Origin: Octopus sinensis
Lineage: Eukaryota
Assembly (NCBI RefSeq): GCF_006345805.1
Contig: NC_043024.1
Location: 17,236,001-17,300,000, forward strand
DNA: 64,000 nt
Direction: 5' to 3'
The notes below the pieces were generated by a model. That model was not told the DNA's origin. It did no database searches and was given only the letters and a program-made list of their open reading frames with translations. Positions 38,571 to 52,114 of this stretch are shown piece by piece. The position numbers and the translations under genes were made by a program. The first letter of the stretch is position 1, and every line of letters starts with the position of its first letter.

Positions 38571-40526
38571 TTTATAGATGTGCGTGTGTGTGTATGCATG
38601 CATGTGTATAAGAGTGTTGTAGTTTGCCTGAAGTATTGTAATATTGAAGAAGGACAATGTGGCAAGTTTAATAAACCTTTTATATTTCAGGCGCAATGGC
38701 CCATCGTCAGATGAAAAGAATAGTCTGGGGAATTTTAATGAGTTAAGGGAACCTACATGACTGGACTTTTCTTTGTTCTTGTCTTCTCACGAGGGGCCTT
38801 TGCACTTGAAATATAAAGATTTTATCAAACTTCCTGCATTGTCAAAAGCTTTCTGTTTTCTCTCTTTTTACCTTCTTTGATATGTGTGTGTGTGTGTATG
38901 TTATATATCATAAGTAACAATATATGATGTGTGTGTAATGATATATTACAGTACCAAATATAACCGTATCGCAATAAGTAATGTAACAAGAGTTGGTCAT
39001 CTCATTTTAACCGTTCGCACAATAACAGTCTAACACAGAATCAATAACGAGACAAACGCTCTCACTGTTCGACCTCACCTGTCTGCTGGCTCATCTGTTT
39101 ATGAGACTTGTCTGGTACACTGACATGCAGGAGGGTCAGTTCCCTCCACAACAATATATATATTTTGAATTCCACATTAAGGTTTCTCACTGCCATCAAT
39201 AGTATATTCTAACTTTAATCTTTAATTTTTAATTCTAAATTTTCAATTCTTAAATTTTAATAAGGTTTTCTTTAATCCCTATATCACTCCATGTATCGAA
39301 TTTTTTCTTGTTTATTTTTTCATGTATATTCTTATTTCACATATTATTTCTCTTCTTAAATAATACTTTAATACGTTCTTTGTCTTAATGTATTTGCTTT
39401 ATTAATGTCATAAATACCAGATGATTATCTAATGTTTGTTTCTTCTGTATATCATATTATTTACTATTTATTGTCTCAGGTTCAACCTGAGTACTTCAAA
39501 GCAATTCTGTAATTTTTCGAAAGGAAAAGCAGTATAATAATAATAATAATAATAATTATTATTATTATTATTATTATATATATATATATGTGTGTGTGTG
39601 AGCCATCTAAGAGACCATAAGTCAAAGAAAAGTTGCACTCATATATCTGTCAGTAGAATGGGTATATTATCTGAAATGTATAGTATTAAATATCCATCAC
39701 GGTTGATCTTACCAATCAGTTTCGTGTAAAGAATACAATGGAGTATTAGGCAACATTTCAATTATGTAATTATACACTCATCAGAGTTAGCCAATATGGA
39801 AGGGAATATGACAACTGCTCTATATATAGAGAGAGGCAAACAAAGAGACAGACAGACAGAGACAATGATATGGGATTTTATGCTTATGCAAACATCCTAG
39901 TGTTATCTATTCAAGGGATCATGGAAGTTTCTTCTGTAGAACATTGTTACTGAGTGTAAACATGTTCTATTAAAATGGTGAGTCCAACAAAAGGTGTTTT
40001 GTTTCACTCAAGAATCTATGTGTGTGTTAATTCCAAATATTTATTTCACCAGCTTTGTGTGTTTTTGTGTGTGCTTTAATAACACTTGGTTATTTTATAG
40101 TCCATAATTAAATCAAATTATTGCAGAAGTCATAAAAAATATGAACAAAAAAAAATCATTGTTTTTTTTAATAATTTTCTGAAAATAATAACAACAACAT
40201 GAATGGTAATTATAAATAATGATGATTGTTTCTTTAATTGCTTCAAGGGTGACAGATGGTGGGAATAACGATATGACTACTACTACGAGTAATAATAATA
40301 ATAATAATAACAATAATGATAATAATAATAATAATGATAATAATAATAATAATAGTAATAATCATAAATCCTCATCCAAATGGTTCTACTCAAACTGAAC
40401 AGCAGAAAGTGGAAAAGATTTATTTTCAAAGAAACAAGTTAAAAAAAAAGACTATAACTATGTTGTTTGTTATATCGTTTTATTGGAAAGGGGGTTGTCT
40501 ATAAAAGTTTAATTTCGTCTGAGTTG

Positions 40527-40540
40527 GTTACCATAGCAAC
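40527..40540. promoter_or_regulatory. RFX X-box-like motif GTTACCATAGCAAC
   Basis: Full match to the GTNRCC-AT-RGYAAC consensus, in non-repeat sequence. Confidence 0.35.
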
Positions 40541-41139
40541 AATATCAATCATAAAAAGAGAAGCTTTTCCATTGTGTAAGGTACTGATGAGTGAGAGGGA
40601 GGCATTGAAATTGTGTTTTATCACCTATGCACCCCCTGACCCTTTAAAAGAAATTGAAACTTATATACATGCATATATACTTATACACAAGTAAGTGTGT
40701 GTGTGTATATATATATGTATATATATATATCCACACACACATGTATGCACATATATATATATATATATCATCATCATCATCATCATCGTCGTTTAGCGTC
40801 CGTTTTCCATGCTAGCATGGGTTGGACGTATATATATATATATACACACATACATATACACACACATGTTCTCAAAACAGCGGTGGGTGTAAAAATAACT
40901 GAGTTGTTAAGCAGTTTGCTTTGTAACCATGAGATCCTGGTTTCAAGCTTGCTGTGTGTCATCTTGGGCAAGTTTCTTTACTCCAGCATCAAGTTGCCCA
41001 AAACCTTGTGGGGTTGAAACTAAGTAGAGGGAAACTCTATGGACCCCATGGGATTTATTGTAGTTGTAACTTCAAAGATGCATCCTTGCTGAAAACTAAA
41101 TCATTCTCATTCTACTCTTGAGAATTTCAATAAAGTTAC

Positions 41140-41462
41140 ACATGTGGTTGTGTGGTAAGAATTTTGTTTCCCAACTACATGGCACTAGGTTCAGTCCCAC
41201 TTCATGGCACCTTAGGCAGGTGTCTTTTCTTACAGTCTTGGACTGACCAAAGCCTCGTGAGTGAATTTGGTTGATGAAAACTGCAAGGACATTGTGTATA
41301 TATACATGTGTGTGTGTGTGTGTATCCTGCACCACTGTTTGACAACTGATGTTGGCTTGTTTATGACCCCGTAACTTAACTTAGTGGTTCACCAAACGAG
41401 ACCTATAGAGTAACTATAAATTCTTCAAGGTGGTGCCCCAGCATGACTGAAACAAGAAAAAG
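41140..41462 (+). mobile_element. Degenerate SINE-A
   Basis: Family motifs. Confidence 0.75.
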
Positions 41463-42801
41463 ATGTATGTATGTGTGTGTGTGGTGTGTGTGTGTGTATG
41501 CATGTATGTATGTAATTGTTAAAGAGGACAAGAAACCTTAAAGCAAAGCAAACATCTCAAGTCATTATTATTATTATTGGAAAAAAAAATTCAATGTCTT
41601 ACAGCCGTTTCTGGAGTATCCCAGAGTATTGGATATTCCATCATCAGAGACAAATAGGGAAAATGAGAAGGGTATAGAATAATGAAATGACAACATAGAG
41701 AACACGAGTAAAGGAATAAGGAGATGAAAATGAGAAGAAAAAGGTAGCATAAAAGTTCACAATATATATATATATCATATCTATAAAAGGGAGGATGTGT
41801 GTGCGCGCGCGCGCGTGTGTGTGTGTGTGTACATGATTGTAATTTATGCACGTCCCCAAATTAGCACGCATGTCGCTCAAATTTTAGGAAGACATTTGTC
41901 AACACCCTATCTGGGTTTTGTCAACTTATTTTTTTCCCCGAGGCACCCGCAGATTGGGTAAAAATCTATTTTCAACCATAACAAATATCAGCCATTGCTT
42001 TTTAATGGTGTCTAACAAAAAAAAAAAGATAAAGAAAAGTGGAAGAAGGAGGCACAGAGTATCACGGGAAAGACAAAGTGAGAGAGGGAGAGAGAGAGTA
42101 AGTGACTACGTTCATAAAAGATAAAATGTAAAATGTTTTGTTTTTTGTCTTTGAAAGGCACACTATATTTTGTAATCATAGTATATATACTTTCTCACAC
42201 AACAATTACAATATATTTATTTTAAATCATTTATTTATTTTAAATTGTTCCATCTTTCTCCCCCCCCCCTCTCTCTCACACACATTACTTTGGGTGCGAA
42301 AGAGTTTTGTTTTTATTTTGTGCCGAGTAAAAATGTGTTTTGTTGACAATCCATTTATTTAACAACAAAGAAACAAAGAGGTGAGTAACAATTTGTCAGT
42401 GAATTACACAATATAAATGGGTACAATTTGCGAGGCTTCCACCACAACCCACTCCATTTCACAGACCACAAAAAGGGTTTTGAGGCCAGAGTAGTTGATT
42501 CCATGCAAAAAAAACGATTTTTTTCTTAGTGAAAATTGTGCGAGTGTTAATCTACAAATTTAACAACATTTTTTCCATTCATTTCTGTTTATGAACATGT
42601 ATGCATGCACAAAACATGCAATAGGTGTATGTACATACAAATGTGTATGTGTGTTCGTGTCTGTTGCCCATATATATTTATGTTATATTATATATATATA
42701 ATATATATAATATATATATATATAATATAACTAATTATATATATAAAACATCAATTGGCTTTGATGCAAAGGGCCACGGAAATATTCATGCTAGGAATAT
42801 T

Positions 42802-43204
42802 ACTCTTTTTACTCTTTTACTTGTTTCAGTCATTTGGATGTGGCCATGCTGGAGGACCGCCTTTAGTTGAGCAAATCAACCCCAGGACTTATTCTTTGTA
42901 AGCCTTGTACTAATTCTATCAGTCTCTTTTGCTGAACCGGTAAGAACGGGGACGTAAAGACACCGGCATCAGTTGTCAAGCGATGTTGGGGGGACAAACG
43001 CAAACACACACACACATATATATATACATATACATATATATGATGGGCTTCTTTCTGTTTCCTTCTACCAAATCTACTCACAAGGCTTTGGTTGGCCCTA
43101 GGCTATAGTAGAAGATACTTGCCCAAGGTTCCACACAGTGGGACTGAACCCGGAAACATGTGGTTGGTAAGCAAGCTACTTACCACACAGCCACTCTTGC
43201 TCCT
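42802..43204 (-). mobile_element. SINE-A, full length
   Basis: Family motifs. Confidence 0.9.
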
Positions 43205-43306
43205 TGTAAGGAGCATATCTGAAAAGCGATAATTTGAGAACAGAGTGGAGTGAATGATGTGATTACAGAGTACTCTTGATTCAAATTGCTTGATTGAAGA
43301 ATCTTA

Positions 43307-43477
43307 CCATTATTGTGGAGGCCTTCTAAGTGGTCTTTTCCAGTCTCTTGGATATTGCTTGGCAACTATACAGCTTCACCTGCTGGGCTGGACATATCAC
43401 AAGGTCCACAGATAACAAGTGAACCTGTGCAGTTGCCAAGTGATGCCCAAGAGATCAGAAGGCCTACACGATGATGG
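43307..43477. repeat. Imperfect fold-back element
   Basis: Arms 43307-43327/43457-43477 and 43344-43379/43419-43454 (29 of 36 match). Confidence 0.8.
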
Positions 43478-43544
43478 GAGGATGATTCAGCCAAACAATC
43501 TCTAAAAAAGTTTTATGGAATAAGAACCAGGCTTTAAAAAATAA

Positions 43545-43706
43545 GCAGGAGTGGCTGTGTGGTAAGTAGCTCGCTTACCAACCACATGGTTCCAGGTTCA
43601 GTCCCATTGTGTGGCACCTTGGGCAAGTGCCTACTACTGTAGCCTCAGGCCGACCAAAGCATGGTGAGTGGATTTGGTAGACGGAAACTGAAAGAAGCCC
43701 ATTGCA

Positions 43707-43770
<64 letters not shown>

Positions 43771-43976
43771 TGTGTGTGTGTGTCTGTGTTTGTCCTCTCA
43801 ACATCACTTGACAACCGATGCTGGTATGTTACATCCCAGTAACTTAGCGGTTCGACAAAAGAGACCATTAGAATAAGTACTAGGCTTACAAAGAATAAGT
43901 CCTGGAGTTGATTTGCTAGACTAAAAGGTGGTGTTCCAGCATGGCCACAGTCAAATAACTGAAACAAGTAAAAGAG
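43545..43976 (+). mobile_element. SINE-A, full length (extra tail fragment to about 44050)
   Basis: Family motifs. Confidence 0.9.
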
Positions 43977-44124
43977 TCGATTCATTCGCCTAAGACTCTT
44001 CAATGCAGTGCCCCAGCATGGTCGCAGGCTAAAAAACTGAAACAAATAAATGATAAAAAAAAAAGATAGGTAAACTTTATTTTGGTTTTACTTTTACGAA
44101 ATGAGGATTGCATGCTGTGTAGCC

Positions 44125-44260
44125 TACTGGTTAGGGGATTCAGCTGTTGATCATTAGGTTGTGGGTTTGATTTTCTAACCTAGTAATACATGGTGACCTT
44201 GAACAAGGCACTTTATTTCATAATGCTCCAGTCCAGTCAGCTGAAAAAAGTTCCTGTGAT
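44125..44260 (+). mobile_element. Degenerate SINE-V
   Basis: GACCTTGAACAAGGCACTTTATTTCA..GCTCCAGTCCA. Confidence 0.65.
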
Positions 44261-44979
44261 CCCTGAAATTTAACAGGTGTCCTGCTCAGGAGTGTACCTT
44301 GTTCTTTCAGTCACATAAACACCTTACAAAATTCTGGTGAGTCCCTCCAGTTTCATGAATCTGGAGGTACAAGGTGGACTATTGATAAAGAGACAGGGAA
44401 GGAAGGGACCGGGTTTGTCAATGTGAGATCCACTGAGCCAATGGTTGAAAGAAACCTTTGATTTGGGGTAAGGAGAGGAGAGTGTGTGGACACAGATCAT
44501 TTGCTCAGCTGACTGGAAATAGCAGCCAAATCTCCTGTAGTCTGAAATAGGGAAAGAACTGATACTGTAAAGTGCTTAGCAGAGTGCTGAGTGGACTGGC
44601 CTATATTTAAAGTCATTCCAGCCATGACCATCCCATTTTCTTCTTATGTGAAATGAATCCAGTACCAAATTCTACAACTTCTTCTATTTTGAAATGGAAG
44701 TGAGTTAGTTGAGGGAGTTTTAGCTGCTATTTCTAGACAGACACAAACAAATAATAGTTGGACAGATTATTTTTAAAGAGACAGATACATATAAACAAAC
44801 GTACAAAGCAGACAGATATATAGTGGTATGGAGAGTGAGATAGATACATACACATACACACATGCATGTATATATATACAAAAACACAAATACATATACA
44901 CACATATACATAGATGTACATATATGCATACACACATGCTTGTATAATGTGTGTGTGTTTGTGTGTATATATATATACA

Positions 44980-45010
<31 letters not shown>

Positions 45011-45012
45011 GC

Positions 45013-45051
<39 letters not shown>

Positions 45052-45099
45052 GATGTGTGTGTGTATATGTATATAGGTGTAGGTGTGGGTGTGTGCTCA

Positions 45100-45482
45100 G
45101 AAACTTGCTTCCCTACCCCATGGTTCCAGGTTCAGTCCCACTGCATGGCACCTTGGGAAAGTGTCTTCTACTATAATCTCGGACCGACCAAAGCCTTGTG
45201 AGTGGGTTTGGTAGATGGAAACTGAAAGAAGCCCATATATATGTGTGTATATATATATATATATATCTATGTGTGTGTGTATTTGTGCCTGTGTTTGTCT
45301 CCCACCACTGCTTGACAACTGGTGCTGGTATGTTTATGTCCTCATAACTTAGCAGTTCGGCAAATGAACCTGATAGAATAATTACTAGGCTTATAAAGAG
45401 TAAGTTCTGGGGTGAAATTCTTCAGGGCTGTGCCCCTGCATGGCCGCAGTCTAATGACTGAGACAAGTAAAAGAATAAAAGA
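45100..45482 (+). mobile_element. SINE-A
   Basis: Family motifs. Confidence 0.85.
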
Positions 45483-46059
45483 TCAAGACATACATACATA
45501 CATGGTTTATAAGTACATCGATAGACAAACGGACGGACGGACGGACAGACAATGATTTTCGTAAAAGAAGCGACGTTCTTGCAGAGAAACAGGGGAAGGT
45601 GTAAGAATAGGGAGGGCAGGTAAGGGTGGAGAAACCTCATAAATCCAGCTTGTGAGTGATGAGGGTGGTGGGTTCTGAGGTGTGGGAGGTGTAATGTCTG
45701 GTGATGAGGTGGGAGGTGGAGGAGTGGGTGGAAGTAGTGGGGTAGGAGGAGGAGGAGGAGGAGAGGCTGTTACCAGCATTACATCATGAACTTCTGTATG
45801 GTATCTCTTGTCTCGCCAATCGATAGAAGCACACGCAAGCAGCAGCTGTTTGTTGTTTCGTTTGAGAAGAGTTTCTACCTTGATTAGTTTACTGGTGGTT
45901 TACCTTCTATTGTCTTTGTTTGTCATCAACATCCCATACACACATCCACACTCACACATACACATATATGCACGCACTTTATACATACACTCTTTACACA
46001 CACATGCACTCACTTTATACACTCGCTTTACACCCACACCTATTACTATCGTATTTTTT

Positions 46060-46460
46060 TATGAGACAGAGAGAGTGAGAAGGAGAGGGAAAAGAGAGAG
46101 AGTGAGAAAGAAAAGGAAGAGAGAGAGAGAGAGAGAAAGAAAGATGAAGTGAACTGAAAGAAGAGACAGAGACAGAGACATAGGGTGGGGGAGACAGCAA
46201 GGGACAGACAGACAGAGACAGATGACTGTAAGAGACAGATGGAGAGAGACAGAGAGAAAGAAAATGAGAAAGAGAAAGAAGAGAGAGAGAGCGAGAGAAG
46301 TATGAATGGAACTAAAAGAAGACATGAAGACAGAGACAGAGACAGACGGACAGACAGAAATTGAGAGACAGAGACAGTGACTGACAGAGAGAGGCAGACA
46401 GTGAGACAGACATGAAGATGAATGCAGAAACAGAAAAACATTCAGATTGAGAAAGGAGGA
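46060..46460. repeat. (GA)/(GACA) purine-rich tract
   Basis: Visible. Confidence 0.9.
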
Positions 46461-47271
46461 GAGACAAAGAGGATGAAAGCTCGTTAATGTTGATCATCAA
46501 TATCATTGCTATCATTAACATTGTCATCCTTAGCAGTATCATAATCATCATCATCATCATCACAACCACCACCACAACCACCACCACCACCACTACTGCC
46601 ATCATTGTCATTTCCATCATCTCTATCCTCACACTGTCACCACCACCACCAACAACAACAACCCCACCTCTGAAGTTGCTGACATACCCCAGTGAATAAC
46701 TGGTATTCATTTTATTAATTGATCCCACCAAAAATGATGACTCTGGCTTTGATTCTGGCTGAATTTGAACTCACAGTTTATAAAGATAACTTGATTCTGC
46801 CAGACGGTCTGGTGCTCCACAGATTCTGTCAGCAGAATCTTCTTTTCTTTATTTCCATTCCGTATTATATAAAAGATAGGTCCAGATTTATAGGGTTCTG
46901 GTGTCTTTCTGTCAGTTTCTCAGTCAGGTTGCTGACCCTTCTCAGAGTCTTTCTCTGTCTGTTGGAGAAAGGAACTGTGAGTTGTCCCCTTCGGTTTTTC
47001 TCAACCTAACAAATTCTGTAAGAGCAAGAAAGAGGGGAGTGGGGGTGGAGGAAAGCAACTGGAAACCAGTGCATGACTGGTATTTTATTCATCCACTCCA
47101 GAAGGATAACAGTTGACCATGGTGAGATTTTAGCTCAAAGTACAAAGGGCGGAACAATGATTATTTCTTATACCGACAAAAGACAAGAAATTCAAAGAGG
47201 AAGATAGAATAGCATTAGATTTGGTGGGAGAAAATAAAGTCATTTACCTTTAAAACAGACTTTGTAAGTAG

Positions 47272-47313
<42 letters not shown>

Positions 47314-47620
47314 ATGTGTGTGTGTTTGTGTGCGTGTGTGTGTGTGTGGAAAGGTAAAGTTCAATTTATCCTTTACTTTGGAGTGTTCCAAAGGGGCGAT
47401 TTCTAACAAAGATTCTTCATATTTCAATAGTAGCTTACTGGTGTAAAATTTTTGCAAATATGAAATTATTACATGTGTAATAAAGATGAGAATTTATGGA
47501 AAAGAGATGTTAAAATTTTTTTTGAAATTGTTTAAAATTTTAACATTTTCTCTTCTCCATCTTTAACAGTCTGTTGAGTTTCTGTGGAATACTTTTCCAT
47601 AAATTCTCATCCCATACATT

Positions 47621-47653
<33 letters not shown>

Positions 47654-47654
47654 C

Positions 47655-47945
47655 CTCATCATCATCATTTAATGTCTTTTGTCTGTATTGGCATGGGTTG
47701 GACAGTTTGACCGTGCTGGCACACTAGAAGGCTGCACTAGACTCCAATCTGATTTGGCATGGTTTTCTTCCTTACACCAACCACTCCAAGAGTGTAATGG
47801 GTGCTTTTATGTGTCACCTGCACAGGTGCCAATTTGCCTTACACCGGTATCTGCCTTGACTACGATTTTTCTTGGCTTGATGGGTTTTCTCCTCAAGTAC
47901 AACATAATGCCAAAAGTTTCGTCATCAGCTGTACCATTCAATCCG
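47655..47945 (-). mobile_element. SINE-C
   Basis: (CAT)n tail and core on the minus strand. Confidence 0.75.
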
Positions 47946-48436
47946 GTGGTGTCAACAGCACTAAAATAAGTGTTGTTTAGGAACAAACATACTTAGATAT
48001 CACCATATTCATTCAGTCTTAATGCAAGAAGGGATTAAACACTAACAAAGAAACACATTTACCTTATGTACAAAAACAGTATCGGTAAATTAATAATTCT
48101 ATAAGTAAACCTATAACTATCTCCTAAATTATCTAACCAAATAGCAACCTGGCCCTTGAAGTCCATACAGATGATATTCCCACCAGTCTTCCATAGTTAT
48201 TTATATAAATATTCTAGTCTTTCCAAAACAACAGCAAACTCAATTGAACTTAGCTAATAATATAATTAATTCGGAGTGAATTTGAGTGAATTACACTGTT
48301 TCATAATCCAAAAGTTAATAATTAAAACACTCCATACGTATTAAATATTGGTTATCCTTACATGCTTTAATGTTATACCAGTAATTTAATAGATAATACT
48401 AAAATATCCTTATCAAATCAGAAACTAATAAAAGAA

Positions 48437-48822
48437 TACTCTTTTACTCTTTTACCTGTTTCAGTCATTTGACTGCGGCCATGTTGGAGCACCGCCTTTA
48501 GTCAAGCAAATTGACCCCAGAACTTATTCTTTGTAAGCCTAGTACTTATTCTATCAGTCTCTTTTGCTGAACTGCTAAGTTACGGTAACGTAAACACACC
48601 AGCATCAGTTGTCAAGCGATGTTGGGGGACAAACTCAAACACACATATATACATATACATATATACGACGGGCTTCTTTCAGTTTCCAAATCCACTCACA
48701 AGGCTTTGGTCGGCCTGAGGCTATAGTAGAAGACACGTTCCCAAAATTTCGCACAGTAGGACTGAACCCAGAACCATGTGGTTGGTAAGCAAGCTACTTA
48801 CCAAACAGCCACTCCTACACCT
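48437..48822 (-). mobile_element. SINE-A
   Basis: Family motifs. Confidence 0.9.
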
Positions 48823-48907
48823 ATAATTAACAATTACTATTAAAAACCATGTTATGATTAAAGCTAAATATATAACTGTATATATATAACTGTATATAAA
48901 TATATAA

Positions 48908-49058
48908 CCACGGAGTGGTTGGCGTTAGGAAGGGCATCCAGCTGTAGAAACATTGCCAAATTAGACTGGAGCCTGGTGCAGCCTTCTGGCTTCCCAGAAC
49001 CCCGGTCGAACTGTCCAACCCATGCTAGCATGGAGAACGGACGTTAAACGACGATGAT
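48908..49058 (+). mobile_element. SINE-C 3' part
   Basis: GGTTGGCGTTAGGAAGGGCATCCAGC to GACGATGATG. Confidence 0.85.
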
Positions 49059-49315
49059 GTATAAAAGACAATATAAAATATGAAGTATTACCACAAACAT
49101 GTTATCAGGACTCACAAAGTTCAAGTCAGCTATTTTCTCAAAAGACTTACTATTTGGTGGCGTGGTCCACTACTTTCTCAAATGTCTTTAACTATTTGGT
49201 GTTGTAGTATGCAATTAGAGTGACTTGTAAACAGTCCAAATATGTACAAGCTACAATCCTAATCATTAGACATTTACAAATATTTACTAAGTTGAAGGCT
49301 AGATATTACACCTTA

Positions 49316-49650
49316 TCATCATCATCATCGTTTAATGTCCATTTTCCATACTAGCATAGGTTGGACGGTTCAACTGGGGTCTGGGAAGCCAGAAGGCTGC
49401 GCCAGGCTCCAGTCTGATCTGGCAGTGTTTCTACAGCTGGATGCCCTTCCTAATGCCAACCACTCCGTGAGTGTAGTGGGTGCTTTTTACGTTCCACCAG
49501 CACAAGGGCCAGAGAAGGCTAGCAAACAGCCACAATCGGTTGGTGCTTTTTACATGTCACCGACACGGACGCCAGTCAGGCAGTGCTGGCATCAGCCACG
49601 TTCGGATGGTGCTTTTTACGTGCCATTGGCACAGGTATCATAACTACGAT
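49316..49650 (-). mobile_element. SINE-C
   Basis: Reverse complement of 48908-49058 plus upstream internal repeats. Confidence 0.85.
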
Positions 49651-51960
49651 TATTTATTTAAAATTTCCAGTCTCCCACCGTTACAGCAATTAAACATTTT
49701 AACTAATTTACCATATTTATAACATTGTTCTACTAAATGTCTTAACAGTTTTTATATTCTTTCCAAAAATCTATAATCTGATAATCTGATCTGAAAAAAC
49801 ACCATAACCTATAAAAGGAGGAATTCTACCATTGAAGCTACTTGGAAACCAAAATCTTATTATAAATATCAGTACATATCACATTATTATACTTAATTAC
49901 TAAATTGATATCTAAATAATTAATGTTCTTTATATTATTACCATTTCTGATGGCCTTAAGTTCAAAGAAGCCATAATTAGATATAAAGTTATCATCTATG
50001 TATCTGTAGCATCCATTAAGTTGTTTAAGCAAACCAAGTTTTTTCCTAAAACATTGGTCTTTAAGAAAAAGGAACTCTCATGAAGAAAGATAAAGGTCTG
50101 CTAATAGAGGGCTGCAATTGCCACTCACTGGAATTCCTCTAACCTGTTTGAGCAGGTTTGAGGAATTCCAGTGGGTGGCAGTCACAGCAAACACTACAAA
50201 TGCAATTACCCACAAACACTACAAATGAATTATTAACAATAAAACTGACCATCTCTTTTTTCTTTCTCTTATTTATATTAGTATATCTCTTAAAACAACA
50301 ATTAGACAAGAAACCTTTACCATTCATTATAAATATACATTTATATCCTTTATTAAATATAATATTTAATATACTAAAAGTACCTTCTTCTACACATTTA
50401 AGATTTAAGTTTGTATATAGCATCAAAAAATCGTACACATTCATACTCTTAACCTTCTTGCGTTTAATCAGTCTTTCCAGCAATTCCTTAGTTGATCTAA
50501 TACTCCAAAAATAATTCATTCCTGAACTGTTATAAATTTTATCACAATATTTTTTAAAACATGTTCTAACTACTTTTTAACCAATATAGATAACTGTTTC
50601 TTTGTACAGTTCCTAGTTACTATTATGAATCTACTTTTAAAAAAAACTTTATGTAGGTTAGGAATCAAAAAAAATCTAGGGATATTTTTTTCTTTTTCTT
50701 CCACCTGTAAACCACTCAATCTTTCTACTGTGGGTATATAAGTCTGTTAACTATCTCATTAACCTTTTCTGGTATAACTGCGTATGTGTTATTACCTATA
50801 AATTTGAATTCTTTATCTACTCCTAACTCCTCACCTACAACCATCATATAATATTTTTTACAAATTTCTACAAAATTCCCTGCTGCTTTATCCACTGGCA
50901 CTATCACATACTTTTTATGTAATTCATTTACATACTCTTTAACTGTGGAGGTGCAATGGCCCAGTGGTTAGGGCAGCAAACTCATGGTTGTACAATCGCA
51001 GTTTCGATTCCCAGCTGGGTGTTGTGAGTGTTTATTGAGCGAAAATACTTAAAGCTCCACGAGGCCCCAGCAGTGGGTGGTGGCAAACCCTGCTGTACTC
51101 TTTCACCACAACTTTCTCTCACTCTTTCTTCCTGTTTCTGTTATACCTTTATTTCAAAAGGCCAGCCTAGTCACACTCTGTGTCATACTGAATCTCCCCG
51201 AGAACTACATTAAGGGTTCACATGTCTGTGGAGTGCTCAGCCACTTGCATGTTAATTTCAAGAGCAGGTTGTTCCATTGATTGGATCAACTGGAACCCTC
51301 ATAATATAACCAACAGAGTGCCATGACTCTTTAACTAATGGTTTATTCAAAACTGAATCTTTCCCTATCCACTTTTATTTCTTTATATGCTTAAACACCA
51401 CGTAAGTTAATTTTCTAACCCAGCTCTTGAACTCCTCCAATTTAACTTTATATTTCAGACTTAATTTAACTATGAAACCATTAATGGCTTTTAATATAAC
51501 TTTCTTTAAATTATATTCACTAATTTTACTTTGTTCTCTATATTTTGTCCTTTTGCTCATAAGCTCCCTTAGTTCTTCATTTTTAATATCTAAGTTTCTT
51601 GTATGAATGTGCCCTATTTCTTTATAACAAAACTCCAAATTATTACATTTACAATCTCTTAAATATATTTCTTTAAAACTTTCAACGCTAACTTTTGATA
51701 GGAGCTTATTATAATTAAATAAGGTACTACTTACCATCTTATAAAGCTTATAACAAATGTTGACATTTATATGTCTAACATTTTCCGGCAAAAGTTTTAT
51801 TCTTATTTTTTATTTCTAATTACATTACCTAAATTAACATCATCAATGAAATTACTAACATATAGTATCTTTGAATATTCAATTTTAGCATTATTGTCTT
51901 TCACTTTAGCCATTTTCATTAACCTATTACAAAAACTATCCACTTAAAAACTTACTTCAG
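49650..51960 (-). mobile_element. Decayed Penelope-like retroelement (probably Naiad-type) RT
   Basis: GHIHTRNL..ELRELMSKRTKYRE; VPVDKAAGN..CKKYY; YDFLMLYT; GIPVSGNCSPLLADLYL; YRYIDD; NYLDI; YGVFSDQIIR; several stops and frameshifts; clade assignment from memory. Confidence 0.9.
50945..51325 (+). mobile_element. SINE-B (tail type 1) inserted in the PLE
   Basis: TGGCCCAGTGGTTAGGG box A, GTTTCGATTCC box B; 11-bp TSD ACTCTTTAACT (50934-50944, 51326-51336). Confidence 0.95.
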
Positions 51961-52114
51961 CCGACTCTCAAATGGTAGACTTTCTGCTGGTAGTAATTGA
52001 GGGACCAGAGGAAATATTTGCTTGTTAGAAAACAAGTGGAGCTTGGTGACAGGAAGAGCATTTTAACTTCAATATGTATATAATCATTTGCATATATCTA
52101 TATATATATATATA

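Noticed and set aside
38680-38715. Minus-strand CUGACGA..GAAA hammerhead-like motif
   Set aside because: U-U at the base of stem II and stem I out of register; at best a dead relic.
39079-39119. 41-nt minus-strand exon candidate VPDKSHKQMSQQT (CAG|gtgagg)
   Set aside because: Modest acceptor, no homology; such pairs are expected by chance in 64 kb.
44265-44460. Plus-strand 26-nt exon candidate 44311-44336 and cadherin-like WTIDKETG
   Set aside because: Flanking residues do not fit a cadherin repeat (no LDRE, no DxND); unsupported.
45507-45900. 131-codon proline-rich minus-strand frame
   Set aside because: Openness is explained by C-rich low complexity; no acceptor and no recognisable domain.
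47915-47930. Minus-strand CUGAUGA-C-GAAAC
   Set aside because: No stem II; lies at a junction between repeats.
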